Part shown: positions 12,703 through 25,590 of the stretch, piece by piece
How positions within the stretch are numbered: the first letter of the stretch is position 1
Layout: each line of letters opens with the position of its first letter
Assembly: GCA_964106915.2 (NCBI GenBank)
Contig: OZ066916.1
Length of the DNA stretch: 64,000 nucleotides
Origin: Podarcis gaigeae
Lineage: Eukaryota
Strand: one strand, 5' to 3'
Program-made: the position numbers and the translations under genes
Notes under the pieces: generated by a model
Told to the model about the DNA's origin: nothing
Seen by the model: only the letters and a program-made list of their open reading frames with translations
Database searches by the model: none

Positions 12703-13578
12703 CCTGTGTAATCGTATCAGAGGGAACTGTTATATTTAGGTTACAAGTGCTATTGCCAGAAAAACTATGACATTATTTCTAGAGATGGGCAAATTCTCCC
12801 ATTTTTTATCTACACCTGCAGCAGAATGCAGTGGAAACATGGTGGCAAAGTCTCATGATGGGAGAATGAACTGTACCATTTCCTGCTCCAAATGGCAGAA
12901 TCACATTTTCATGGAATTCCCTATGTTGGGCAGGGGGCAGGATTCACCCCTCCACACATAGAAAATTTGCATGCAAGAAACAGACTGAGCTTGCATATTG
13001 TTCCAGACCATTTCTAAACTTCTTTTTAATGCAAAGCTCGTCACCTGCTCACTAAAGAAGTTATGGTCCATCCTGCAATTTCAATCTGCTTCATGGGTAG
13101 AACAGGTCTGGATTCATTGCTGATTAGTTACAGGGGGACATCACAATAAGGAAGAAAACCAGATCACCTCAGTTCCAAATAGTAACAACAAGGAATGAGG
13201 AATGCTGTTTATTTGGTAGAACTGAAAAGAATGAAGATGACTTTATCCCATTCCTGGAAGTAAGCCCAGTGTTAGATAACAAGGAAACTATGCTAATAAT
13301 TTTCTACCTAAACAGGCAAGCATTTTCAGGACTAACATTCTGACTGGCGCCTTTTATATAGCCAAAGCTGTACAGGTATCTTACCAGAGGCAGAAAGTTC
13401 ACTATCCTTAAAACTTCTGGTGATTTTTAAAATTGTTCTGGGCAAGGAAGACCTTGTGCAGGTATAGAGATGGTATATGGATTATGGACTGTATTCAGTT
13501 TTATGGGTTCCACATTGTGCAGGCCTGCCTTCTAAGAGTTCAGAATCAGATTGTGTGGGTCTTTCAGGATTGTATCTT

Positions 13579-13988
13579 ACAACAACAACAACTTTATTAT
13601 TTATACCCCACCCATCTGGCTGGGTTTCCTCAGCCACTCTGGGCAGCTCACAGCATATATCAAAACATACTAAACCATCAAACATAAAAAACTTCCCAAT
13701 ACAGGATTGTCTTCAGATGTCTACTACATAAAAGTCAGATAGTAGTTTATTTCCTTGACATCTGAAGGGTGGCTGTTCCACAGGGAAGGTGCCACTACTG
13801 AGAAGGCCCTCTGCCTGGTTCCCTGTAACCACACTTTTTGCAGTGAGGGAACCGTCAGAAGGCCCTCGGCGTTGGACCTCAGTGTCCGGGCTGAACGATG
13901 AGGGAGGAGACACTCCTTCAGGTATACTGGGCCGAGGCCATTTAGGGCTTTAAAGGTCAGCACCAACACTTTGAATTGTGCTCAGAAA
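13579..13988 (-). mobile_element. L2 LINE 3' fragment
   Basis: Encodes LVLTFKALNGLGPVYLKECL...RQRAFSVVAPSLWNS. The tail has GGGGTATAAATAATAAA followed by (GTT)n. Confidence 0.9.
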
Positions 13989-13993
13989 TGCAC

Positions 13994-14212
13994 TAGAATC
14001 CTAGAGTTGGAAGGGACCCTGAGGGTCATTTAGTCCAATCCGTTGTGATGCAGGAATCTCAACTAAAACATGCATGGCAGATGGCCATCCAACCTCTGCT
14101 TAAAAATCTCAAAGGAAGTTGAGTCCACCACCTTCTGAAGGAGTCTGTTCTACTGTCAAACAGCTCTTACCATCAGAAAGTTATTTCTGATGTTTAGATG
14201 GAATCTCCTTCC
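13994..14212 (-). mobile_element. CR1 LINE 3' fragment
   Basis: Contains TAGAATCCTAGAGTTGGAAGGGACC...CTCTGCTTAAAA, the reverse of a CR1 3' end. Confidence 0.85.
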
Positions 14213-14374
14213 ATTGGTCCTAGTCTAAGAAGAAATGAGATTAGTTTGACATTACTTTTTGGGGGCAGTGGGGAGAAATTCATGTTGGGTCTTACTAATC
14301 ACAACATCCTTTTCTAAGTGCTCACAGACCAACAGTTTAATTATCTGTTCCCTGTATCAGTGTCAAGCTTCCTG

Positions 14375-14635
14375 GTTAGTAGTTATGTGGGTCTTCTCCC
14401 CCCGTCCCACTTTTGAAGTTGGGGACAATATTTGCCCACCTCCGGTCTGCAGGGACCTCACCTGTTCCCCAAGAATTCTCAAAGGTTATAGACAGAGTCT
14501 CTGAGATTACATCCAGAAGCTTCTTTAGTACACTTGGGTGCAGCTCAGCAGGCTCTGGAGAGCTGAATTCATTTAAAGTAGCCAGGTGTTCCCTCACCAC
14601 CTCCTTTCCTATCTTGGGCTGCAGCTCCCTCCTTG
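14375..14635 (-). mobile_element. CR1 ORF2 fragment (start of the RT region)
   Basis: Encodes VREHLATLNEFSSPEPAELHPSVLKKLLDVISETLSITFENSWGTGEVPADRRWANIVPNFK. Confidence 0.88.
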
Positions 14636-14779
14636 CATCATTTATTTGGTTAGCCTCGTGAATTGTTATTAATTACATTATTACCTCACTCTTCCTCCAA
14701 AGGTGTTCAAGGTAGTGCACAGTCTCTTTCCTCATTGCATCCCCATTCCTCCTTTTGCTCGTCCATAAGAGTGCTTCAT

Positions 14780-15023
14780 GCAGTGTGGTGTAGTGGTTAA
14801 GAGCAGTAGTCTCCTAATCTGGGGAACCGGGTTCGCGTCTCCGCTCCTCCACATGCAGCTGCTGGGTGACCTTGGGCCAGTCACACTTCTCTGAAGTCTC
14901 TCAGCCCCCCTTACCTCACAGAGTGTTTGTTGGGGGGGGGGGGGAGGAAGGGAAAGGAGAATGTTAGCCGCTTTGAGACTCCTGAAGGGGAGTGAAAGGC
15001 GGGATATCAAATCCAAATCCAAA
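14780..15023 (+). mobile_element. tRNA-derived SINE (Squam3/POM-like)
   Basis: A box TGGTGTAGTGG, B box GGTTCGCGTCTCC, L2-like 3' end. Confidence 0.85.
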
Positions 15024-17002
15024 CATAGAGCTCTCACATGCAATATCTAGAGCTGCCGACCTGGTGTATCAGAAATGCGCATGCACTGCCCAATACACTA
15101 GTGTTGTCAAAACCGGCAATGGCAGACAGCATGCACATACACCTGCTGCTGATTTTAATACAGTGGCTATTGTGTTTTCATGCATACATGGGGCTCCCCC
15201 CATGGTAGATGGCACTCCACAATAAAAAATATCTCGCACTGTGAGCAATAGGGAAGCCCTACTTGCACATGCAACATTGCCTCACATCCATGCAGTGAAA
15301 ATAAATCACAGTCATAACAGAGTCAGAGTTTGCATTCCACAACTGACTTCACCTCAAACGCTACACGTGTCTTGCTGCAAGTCCCTGAGTGATTGATGTG
15401 CAAGGATGAATCAGTCCTTATCTGCATGGAATGAGCTCCAAGGCAATGTGCAATGTGGCCCTTTGTAGTAGGTCTAATGTTGGTTATACCTAAGGGCTTG
15501 ACAAAAGCACTCCAGGGAATGGCAGCACTTCTGGCAATCTTTATTCCTGCAATCTACGTATGAGAGATACAGTGGGTTGCACAACCCATGTACCTGGCTT
15601 CTTGCTGATGTGTCCAAAGGAAAACAATGTTCCTCAGGATGCATCCCATGCTCCTATTTCCACACTGTCGTGTTAAACCAGAAAGTTTGGAGGAACCCTT
15701 TAGGTATAGCTTGGTCTCTGTGCCAAGTCAAATATTATGCATATTTATGATTAATATTGAATGGGAAAAAATGTATCTACATTGCAAACATGTAACAAGC
15801 ATATAAATAGCTCTTTTATACACTAGGCATTCTTAGCAGCCAATAAAATGTAGCTATGAAAATGCCCTCCAATTTTATATGCCTACACGTTTTTTTGTTA
15901 TTTTCTTTCCCTGCTCTTGCAAATTGATCTGTTTGTGCTGGTGGAAGTGAGATAAATGGCACCTTCACATGGAAGTCATCCATGCACCCATGCCGAGTAT
16001 CATAATGCACACTTGAAAACACAGGAAGTGTCTCTGGAAAGGGCAGATAACCCCCTTTTTTAGGACTCTCCTATACCAGCCATGGGGAACCTTTGGCCCT
16101 CCAGATGTTGATAAACTGCAACTCCCATCATCTCTGACCATTGTTGATACTTGCTGGGGCTGATGAGAGTTGTAGTTCCAGGATCAAATCAGAAGCCAGG
16201 ATGACTTCTCTAATTTCAGGAATGTCTCGTTAAAATAGGGGCAGTTGGAGACTGTGGGTATATGACTTTCAGAAGGCTGCCCAGAAGGGAATGCAGCCCT
16301 GGGTGAAAAATGTTCTTCACCCCTGACATAGATGATTCCAGTTTGCAGGCAGCTTGAAGCGGACTCAAAATTGCCCATCAAAAGATAACATAATAGGTGC
16401 CTTGTCAGACATACCTGTAGGGGATACAGAATCTTTTCTCCCATAATGACACCTGCATAGTCATACTTTCTCTCCCAAGGTAAAAGCATAGGCCAGCTTT
16501 TCAACATAGACCAGTCAACTCTTCTCTCAGGTCAGGCGATTTTAAGTCTTGGCAGGTCACCCTGCCCTCTGTGTAATTCAGTGGAAAGGGGAAGAGGAAG
16601 AAGTGATGTGTTAATTGAATGGGAGGCCAGACAAAGGATCAGGTAGTATGTGCTAAATACTGTTAATTAGCTCAAGTAGTGCCTCATTATAAGGAGACTG
16701 GCAAACCCATTAGCACTGTTGAGGGATTACATTCCACTTCATTATTTTTCAGTATAATTTCACATTTCTTTGTAGTGGGTTCCACAGCAAAAGGGTTCGG
16801 TGGAGAGAGAGGGGCATTATCTCAAGCACATAAACCCAATAGTCTGTGCTTTGCAAGCAGACACTGAGATGGCCTGTCAATTGTGGCCTTCTCACCCACT
16901 ATTTATGAGCCCCTGGGGAAGTTCCAGATTTCCATCATTTATGATCTGACCCCACTTCTCTGTGAAAATATCTTCAAATTGTATTGATCTAGAAATCACA
17001 TA

Positions 17003-17124
17003 CAGTAATATCTTGGATCCCGAAGGCCTTGGTACTCGGACGTTTTGGCTCCCGAACGCCGCAAACCCATAAGTGATTTTGGAACCCGAATGTCCCATAG
17101 GCCTTCTGCAGCTTCTGATTGGCT
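17003..17124. mobile_element. Tigger/pogo-like MITE, truncated
   Basis: Starts TA|CAGTAATATCTTGG with repeated CCCGAA motifs. No second TIR seen. Confidence 0.55.
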
Positions 17125-17303
17125 GGAGCCATAACAGGGTGAAGACATCTTCTTCTATTTGTCCCCATGTCAGTTTCAGTTTATTGGTTAATTTTTCTAG
17201 TAAGGCTGTTCCCCATACTATTTGGTACCATTGGTCCATGCTTACTCCTGACAGGTCTCTCCAGTGTCTGGTTATGATGTTTCTGGCTGCTGAGAGTAGG
17301 TGG
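17125..17303 (-). mobile_element. L1 ORF2 C-terminal fragment
   Basis: Encodes HLLSAARNIITRHWRDLSGVSMDQWYQIVWGTALLEKLTNKLKLT, the same family as 19330-20320. Confidence 0.9.
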
Positions 17304-19329
17304 TAGTTAGGGTATGTTGCATGCACACAGTAGGGCAACCATGATGGATCAAAATGGATAACACTATGTCATGTCTATGTCTCTGCTGTAGAAGCTGCTT
17401 GTATCTTTGTTATTTTGCTTTGCTACTTGAGGACCTTAACCTTGTGGTAAGAGTCATAAGAAAAACAGCTGCGACACAAAAACCAAAGTGAACCCATAAC
17501 AACTTTTGGCAAACCAGCACTAGACTGTGTCAAAGTTCCCTGCATAGGGAGCTGCTGACACAGCAGAGATTCTAGTTGCTCATTTGTGGTGGGCATGGCG
17601 CACGGCTCCTTCACAAGTCACTCAACTCACACAGGGTTTATTTGCATGGCCATTGTGTCCAAACTGCTTGTCCCTTCCCAGTAGTGCAGGCATGTCCAAA
17701 GTCCGTTTCGGGGACTAATCCGGCCCATCGGTCGGTTCAATTTGGCTGCTGTGTTGAGTGAGTGTTGCCAGATACAAAGGGAAATGGGGTGTTTAAAGAG
17801 AATGGATTATAAAGAAAGCACTGAGTTTAAATTGTGAGGGAAGTGTGCATTCTCTGGAGACATAATGGTGTGATCCATTTAAATGTAAAAAAGCAAAAAA
17901 GGACAAACCTGATTTGTAGACCCCTCTTTGAATTAGTTCTGTCCTAGGTGGGGCTCCAGTGCTCTGTGGTTCTCCGTTAGCTTGAGATGCTGGCAAAGTT
18001 CACCTAGGCCAGGCTTAGAGAAGAATTTTGGTGAGCTTCCTAAGCCCTCACATTCTTCTCCAGCTCAGATAAAAATAGTTAAAGAATTCCTGGCATCCTT
18101 CCCACCATCTCAGGTGGCCCTCCCCTCCCCCTTTCCCCCCAGACCCACTGCACCAGCCCTTTCCCCAAATACACTCCCTTCTTCCCTGGCAAGCAGAGGT
18201 GGGAATAACAGTCACATGTAGGGAGCAGGAGTGTTCCTGCCTTGCTTTCCCCTTCATCTGAGTAGCAGCACATGGGGGTACAAGGCCCAGAGGCAATGCA
18301 CCTCTCCCCAAATCTACTCTGGATTTACTTGGTGTAGAAAGAAGATTGGAATTTTGTCTGCATGCTGAGCACACAGAGTCCTTTTCACTGCGTTCACAAG
18401 CCAGATGACTATTGTTTTAAAACATTACTCAATCACATTTATTTATGAGCTCTGTAAGCGGAACAAGGCATTTTCCTTTGCTCCTTCAATATCGAGAGAT
18501 GTCCTTGGTCTTGACACCTCCTTTTAATGTCTTTTTTCCATCGGATATAAAACTGCATATAAAAAGGGGGGGGAGAGTATGAAAAGAAGATGTAACTTTC
18601 CACAATGATATATTTCAGAGTGGGGAACTGGATCTGGCCAATGGATGCAGATCTTTATGTCCTGGACACACTGCAGGTCAGATTGGACAGGTAGGTGGAG
18701 CTGCCCATCACCGGACTTAACAATGATGTCAGGAGACACATTCCTTTGAAACCTCAACATTCAGCTAACCTGTACTACAGATTAAGGAGGCCTCTTTCTT
18801 CGTCTGGCACATATTGGGAAGACATAAAGTGATGATAAAAGTGATGATTAGAAACACCAAGAGAAGCTAAAGAAAAATGTTGAACGGACCTTGGTAAAGA
18901 TGAGGTTTCCAAAGGTGAGGCTTTTGATCAGAGGAGCAGGACAGTCTCTGTCTAGCTTTCTAGCTTACTGTTCGAAGTGCCTTGCTTTGACCCTGTCCAG
19001 TTGGCTTGCTCTCAGAGCGACTCAGAAACCACTGTGATGTCAAAGATGGGAAGCCTGCTTTGATGGTAGAGAATTATTCTGCACCCCGCATGTAATGGTT
19101 GTGCATTTTGGTGTTGAATTTGTTGATAATGGTTTTCAGTAACTGGGAATGAAAACCCTTCTGGATGCTTTTCAAAGGCAGAGGTTTCTTCTGATGTGGC
19201 TTTGCTCCACACCAGCCCCTGTTGTGTCATTATTCTGGGAATATGCTGCCAAGAGTAAAGCTATCCATGCTGGGAGAACATCAGCGATGCAATTCAGGGG
19301 GAAAAGGTATACTGTTGTATATTTATAGA

Positions 19330-20320
19330 TCTTTCTCGCCAACCAAGGAGTTTCAATGGACCAGAATGTGGTCTAAACCCCCCTTTAAATCCATATCAAC
19401 GAAAAGAAAAGAACTCACACTGAAACTCACCTACAGGTGGTACCAAACACCAAGGAAACTAGCGCTAATACACCCAGGAACCTCACCAAAATGCTGGAGA
19501 GGGTGCACCTCCACAGGCACGTACCTCCACATGTGGTGGGGGTGTCCCAAAATTCAACTATTCTGGACAACAGCCATACAAGAAATATGTAAAATAACTA
19601 AGCAAGTAATAGACATCACCCCAGAATTGACCCTACTAAACATCTTCCAAGACAACAATGCCCATTTACACCACAAAGAACTCATAACCCACCTGCTCTC
19701 AGCAGCCAGAAACATCATAACCAGACACTGGAGAGACCTGTCAGGAGTAAGCATGGACCAATGGTACCAAATAGTATGGGAAACAGCCCTACTAGAAAAA
19801 TTAACTAATAAACTGAAACTGACACGGGGACAAACAGAAGAAGACACCTTCACCCCGGTATGGCTCCCCTTTATCACATACACAGCCCAACAGGACAATG
19901 ACAATAATCCACCAACAGCATACAAATCAATATGGCTAACCTGATCCAAAACACACACACACCTCACTCACACACGAAAACAAAGATCACCACAGCCAAT
20001 CACAAGCAAACAATCACACCCTAAGCCAACCCCAACCTCTCTCCCCACCAAAGGAACACAAGTGAACAACACAAGCAACACTGACACCAAACTCTACATA
20101 CATTAAACATAATAGAAACACCGCCACCCGACCCCACCCCCATCCATCTTCCCTCTCTCCACCCCCCTTTCTTTTTTCTTTCTTTTTTCTTCTCCCCCTA
20201 ATGCCTCAACAAATGGAACGGATTTGTAAAAACGTTACATGGAAGAAGAAGAAAAAAAATACGAGGCACTACACTTCTGTAAAACAAGAAAATCCTTAAT
20301 AAAAAATATTTTTTAAAAAA
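19330..20320 (+). mobile_element. 5'-truncated L1 LINE (ORF2 C-terminus, 3' UTR, A-rich tail)
   Basis: Encodes KLTYRWYQTP.KL...CWRGC...GTYLHMWWGC (CCHC knuckle). Stop at 19944, then AATAAA and an A-rich end near 20300. Confidence 0.92.
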
Positions 20321-20541
20321 CAACAGGGACTCTGTAGGTAAAAGGTAAGGTTTGTTACAATCCATATAATACAATTATTGCATAATACAAATGGGCACTG
20401 AAACTACTGAGTTATGAGAATTGGTACTGAAAGGATGTAACATGAAAGATACAGTCTGGACTCTTCCAGCCAACTTGATTATTCACTCTATTTTTCACAG
20501 ATTCCACCTACCCAGTGCAGTCCCCCACCATGTCCCATGAA

Positions 20542-20784
20542 AAGAAGAAGAAGAGTTTTGATTTGATATGCCTCTTTATCACTACCCGAAGGAGTCTCAA
20601 AGCAGCTAACGTTCTCCTTTCCCTTCCTCCCCCACAACAAACACTCTGTGAGGTGAGTGGGGCTGAGAGACTTCAGAGAAGTGTGACTAGCCCAAGGTCG
20701 CCCAGCAGTTGCATGTGGAGGAGTAAAATCACGAACCTGGATCACCAGGTTACGAGTCTTAACCACTTCACCACACTGGCTCTC
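20542..20784 (-). mobile_element. Squam3/POM-like SINE
   Basis: Reverse complement of the family at 14780-15023, with a (CTT)n tail. Confidence 0.85.
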
Positions 20785-20991
20785 AAGCCGCTCCTGAGGT
20801 TTGGGGGACCTCCCTCAGAATGATTTAGAACAAATAGTGCAGAGGGTTGAAGTAGGTAGAGGGGTAAGGTGAAGAATTGGATCACCCAACTTGAACAGGC
20901 ATAAACATTTGCTGCAAGTACAAAGCCATTGAATGCAATCCTACATCTCCACTTTGAATCCTGGATATAAATGTGCTCAATATTTGATATA

Positions 20992-21204
20992 CAGTGGCAC
21001 CTCAGGTTAAGAACTTAATTTGTTCTGGAGGTCTGTTCTTAACCTGAAACTGTTCTTAACCTGAAACACCACTTTAGCTAATGGGGCCTCCCGCTGCCGC
21101 CGCGCCACCAGAGCATGATTTCTGTTCTCATCCTGAAGCAAAGTTCTTATTTCTGGGTTAGCGGAGTCTGTAACCTGAAGCGTATGTAACCCAAGGTACC
21201 ACTG
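20992..21204. mobile_element. Tigger-like MITE
   Basis: TA|CAGTGGCACCTCAGGTTA...TAACCCAAGGTACCACTG|TA. Confidence 0.88.
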
Positions 21205-23224
21205 TACATGTTTGCATGTAGTGCTGTGCTGAGTGCATGTTCACCATAGCTTAGAAACTCTTCCTGTCAGATGTCATTAAGTATATTCTGGATCACAAGC
21301 ACTGACAGAAGGGTTAGTTTGTGAGGTAAAATACATTTGCAATCCTTGGATCACTGTTTGGAGAATAGCATAGCTGTCAGGAGTGCAAAAAAGGGCCATT
21401 TCTGCATCAGAATAGAAGATATTATGTTTGTGCAGTTTCACTATCCTTGTTAGTTTTTTTTTTTAGTTCTAAATAGAAACAAAACCCATAGATGATGGCA
21501 GTTGTTGTTCAACCCCTTGGGAAAGCACCATGTTGGCTACACTTGCACTAGGGAGCATCTTTTGTTAAACTCGGGATACCTGAGAAAGCACACTTAGGAT
21601 TGCACTCGACTTAAATAGTATTACAATGTGCTCTATGTGGTAAATAGGAAATTTGGTTTTCCCAGCCCAGAATCAGCATCCTGGGGCAGCTGCCAGGACT
21701 CCAGCAGGGCCCATCAATGTCCCCGACAGTGGCAGTTGTAGGTGACCATTTTAATTTCCCTCAGTGCCCTGGACTCACACCACGTCAGGTGGTCAGGTAA
21801 GCTTGTGACTTTTGTCAGGTAAGCCCATGTAGGAGCAGGCCCCACAGAGGCCACTATGCTGAGAGACCTCTCAAACATGGGGCTGGCTTGGGATTTCCCA
21901 TTTGAAATTCCCTAGGCCTTAAAAAAACAAACATCGAGCTATCATTCTCAGTCTGGCAAAGAGTGTTAGGAGTCTGTCCATGAAGTGGTTAGTAGAGATG
22001 ACGGAAGATCAGCTGCCCATGAATCAGGCCAGACCCCTTCATTATCAAGGACCAAATAGGAAGAGGAATGACATCGCACCCATTTGTGGGTGAAACTAAA
22101 TCCAGAGGCTCATTTGTAGTCCTGACAATGAAGAGCAACACGGAGATTTTGTGGAGTGTTGCGACGATTATCAACTGACGCAGCAGATTCTTGTTGGGAG
22201 AGAAGGACTTTAACTGTATTTTAAGGAAGAGATGAAAACACTTTCAAAGCTCACTCCAACGCAAAGTCCGGAAGGCACAACTTTTGACCCTATGGTGGTT
22301 TTATAGAGGACAGACTGACATTTGTGTCAGTGTTTACATTAGGCAAGAGAACCAGCCCAAGACAGCCAACCATTGCCTGACCCCTTAAAAGGGTCACAGG
22401 ACAGTTATTGAATAAGGAAGTAGATGGTTGTTTTTTTAAACCCTTTATATACAGATATCACATTCTAGAAGCAATGGGAGTGCTTTATTGAGGTTACAAT
22501 CCTAAGGGGAGGAAGCGTTTAAAGATGGGCTGAAGCATGTCTAAATTTGCCCCTCACTTGGAGGTATGGAGGACTGTGATGTCTGAAGATCCTTTGGATC
22601 CCAGCCATGTCCCAGAACATTCATTTTCTGGCCTTGCTGATGTCAGAGCACTGGGATCAAGTTAGGCCATGGTAGAGTGTTAAAGCTGCTTTCCTTCCCT
22701 GCCGCTATCCCATCTGAATTGCTTCCTTTCTCCACCTTCCCTGCTATGGCTGAAAAAAATTAGTGAAGAATGGGCAATAATACGATTAATGTCACATCTA
22801 GTTTATCCCTTGGTGAACTCCCTTTCTTGCAATATATCCTGGTGGAATCCACATGCAGAGGATGCATATTTTTAGCCTTTCTTTCATTTTAGATAAACTC
22901 TTCTTATACAGCCTCTCAGCATTCTGCAACTTTCTCAATAACCTTTCCACCTTTGTGGAGCTGTCTAATCCTTAGGTGGGCATTCAAGTGTAAGGAAAAA
23001 TGCACACTGCATCCTTTTGTGTTATCTTACATGTGATCCCCATGTCAAACCATATTACAGAATGCCATATTAAGTATATTTTGTGTGTTCACAGACACTG
23101 ATGGCTGTGAGTACGGAATGAGAATCAACTAAATATGCTCCATGGAATTTAGGCAAATTTATATTTTTTCATATGGAGAAATAACATGTGATTGCTTTGA
23201 GAACAGCAACAACCAAGAGCCTCA

Positions 23225-23294
23225 TGGTGCCCCCTTAATAATGAATTTATTGTGCTGGAAACTTTGGTGGGCAGAGGTCCACTTCATCAGATGC
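23225..23294 (-). mobile_element. Degenerate Penelope-like terminal fragment
   Basis: Reverse strand reads GCATCTGATGAAGTGGACCTCTGCCCACCAAAG...AATAAA...TAAGGGGGCACCA, the same order of motifs as the hairpin arms near 31350. Confidence 0.6.
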
Positions 23295-23780
23295 TTGTGA
23301 TCTGCAGTTTTAGATACACACATGGGGCGGACGCTACACCAGCCTTTGCCATCCTCCAGATGCCCTCCAGATGTTCTTGACTGCAACTCTAATTGGTTTC
23401 AGCCAGCATGGCTGCAGGGTCTCCTTGCCTCTTTCCTTAAATCCCCTTCCCCATTTTTCAGGGGTATTGTTGGTGGGTAGCTCAGAGACCCTGATTCTTC
23501 CATCATTTGCACTGGCCGTGGATCTTCTGTCCCACCCACCCCCCTTTAAAAAAACAAACTAGTTTTTTATGCTTACAAGGCTTCTGGGTATGTTACAAAG
23601 TGCAGTGCCCAGTCAGCCACCACTTTCATTTGTTAAGCAGCTGGAGGAGGAGGAGAGGACCAAGGGTTAGATAGCTCTGTGAGTGGAGGTCATCCTTTTC
23701 CCATTCTCTGGACCCCTTGGGAAACTCAACAAACCTGCTGTACCTGGAACTGGGTGTGGAAAGTGCAACTGATTGATAGG

Positions 23781-24160
23781 AAAGGTAAAGGTAAATGGCC
23801 CCTGGACGGTTAAGTCCAGTGAAAGGCGACTCTGGGGTTGCGGCGCTCATCTCGCTTTCAGGGTGAGGTAGTCGGCATTTGTCCATGCACAGCTTTCCAG
23901 GTCATGTGGCCAGCATGACTAAACCACTTCTGGTGCAACGGAACACAGTGATGGAAACCAGAACGCACACAAACACCGTTTACCTTCCTGCAGCAGAGAT
24001 ACCTATTTATCTACTTGCACTGGCGTGCTTTCAAACTGCTAGGTTGGCAGGAGCTAGGACAGAGCAACAGGAGCTCACCCCATCTCAGGGATTCAAACCG
24101 CCGACCTTCAGATCGGCAAGCCCAAGAGGCTCAGTGGTTTAGACCACAGCACCACCTGCA
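23781..24160 (-). mobile_element. Sauria (Squam1) SINE
   Basis: (ACCTTT)n tail and the conserved Sauria body. Confidence 0.9.
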
Positions 24161-24307
24161 CAGCTGTGGGCAGTCTCTTCTCATTGTAACACTATTGTGG
24201 GTGATCTGAGAGTTTGTTTGGACCCTGGGTGAGAACCCGAAAGCTGAGAGGGAGGGTGTGTCAGAAGGGAAATGAATTTATTTTTATATGTTGGTAACTT
24301 TGTATTA

Positions 24308-24661
24308 GGGATGCGGGTGGTGCTGTGGGTTAAACCACAGAGCCTAGGACTTGCCAATCAGAAGATTGGTGGTTCAAATCCCCGTGATGGGGTGAGCTCC
24401 CGTTGCTCAGTCCCTGCTCCTGCCAACCTAGCAGTTCAAAAGCATGTCAAAGTGCAAGTAGATAAATAGGTACGACTCCTGCGGGAAGGTAAACGGCGTT
24501 TCCGTGCTCTGCTCTGGTTCGCCAGAAGCGGCTTAGTCATGCTGGCCACATGACCCGGAAGCTGTACGCCAGCTCCCTCAGCCAATAAAGCGAGATGAGC
24601 ACTGCAACCCAGGAGTCGGTCATGACTGGACCTAATGGTCAGGGGTCCCTTTACCTTTACT
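24308..24661 (+). mobile_element. Sauria SINE, full length
   Basis: GGGATGCGGGTGG head, ACCTTTAC tail, 13-bp TSD TAACTTTGTATTA. Confidence 0.95.
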
Positions 24662-24715
24662 TAACTTTGTATTAATGTAACCAAGTTACATTACGAACTG
24701 TTTCAAGTGGCCAGC

Positions 24716-25175
24716 TAAACCAGGTGTGGGTAGACGATGGGTCTCAAACCCTTGGTGAGTTCGAAACTGGATGTATGTATTGCAATGACAGGCTCTGGCA
24801 GATCAAGTGGACGAGACCGATAGTGGGCCCCACAGAAGGCAGTTTCTGCACGTGCTGTAGAGGGAAGTGAGGGGCAGATGGGACTCATCAGCCTGGGAAG
24901 GTAACCCATCCAGGAGAAGAAAATTGTGATCCTAAACCTCTGCTGCCTTGTGGGATATCTTCTGGAGAAGAAAATGCTAAGTTTTCAGTCCCTAAGATGG
25001 TTGGATGGTGCCTTGTACACCTCCTTCCAGCATCTCCTGCAGCCAAGTTGGTGCCAGAAGTATAGCTTTGCTTTATTTTGGACCACATTAATGAGGCTGA
25101 GAGAGGGGACTTGTCATTTGGAAAGCCCAGGCTTACACCCTAGGGAGGTTACTTCAGTGCTGCTAATACAACCAT
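24716..25175 (+). mobile_element. Probable RTE-clade LINE 5' region remnant
   Basis: Resembles RTE 5' UTRs (CTGGGAAGGTAACCCATCCAGGAGAAGAAAA...TAAACC). Recognition only. Confidence 0.4.
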
Positions 25176-25509
25176 TTGACACCCCCTCTATTGCCTCTTG
25201 AGTCAGATGGATGCCAGCAGCAACAATAAAAATAATGTTACATTTTTATATGTATCATCACCACCACCATCATCATAAACTTTATTGTGCTAGCCAAAGG
25301 CCATGGCATCATTCACAAAGGGAACAAAAAGAAAAAGCAACAATAACCATAAAAACCATAAAAACCTCAAGCACTGCAGATACAATAAACCACAATCACA
25401 TCTCCTAAGAATTATTTGTTGCGTACGATAGGATAGTGATGGGTTCTCAGGTAGAATGTGCCAGCTTAAATGTCCGAATCAACCTTCCAATTGACCACTA
25501 TTTTACTTA

Positions 25510-25585
25510 CGTATTTTTTGCTCTATAGGACACACCAGACCACAAGATGTACCTAGTTTTTGGAGGAGGAAAACAAGAAAAAAAT
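25510..25585. mobile_element. pogo/Tc1-like MITE, left end only
   Basis: Matches the left end of the 40487-40746 element. Confidence 0.75.
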
Positions 25586-25590
25586 ACTCA

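Noticed and set aside
14780-14850. tRNA gene
   Set aside because: The A and B boxes belong to a SINE head that continues into the SINE body. No complete cloverleaf is present.
19222-19944. The 240-aa ORF as a host gene
   Set aside because: It is the C-terminus of L1 ORF2 fused to random upstream sequence.
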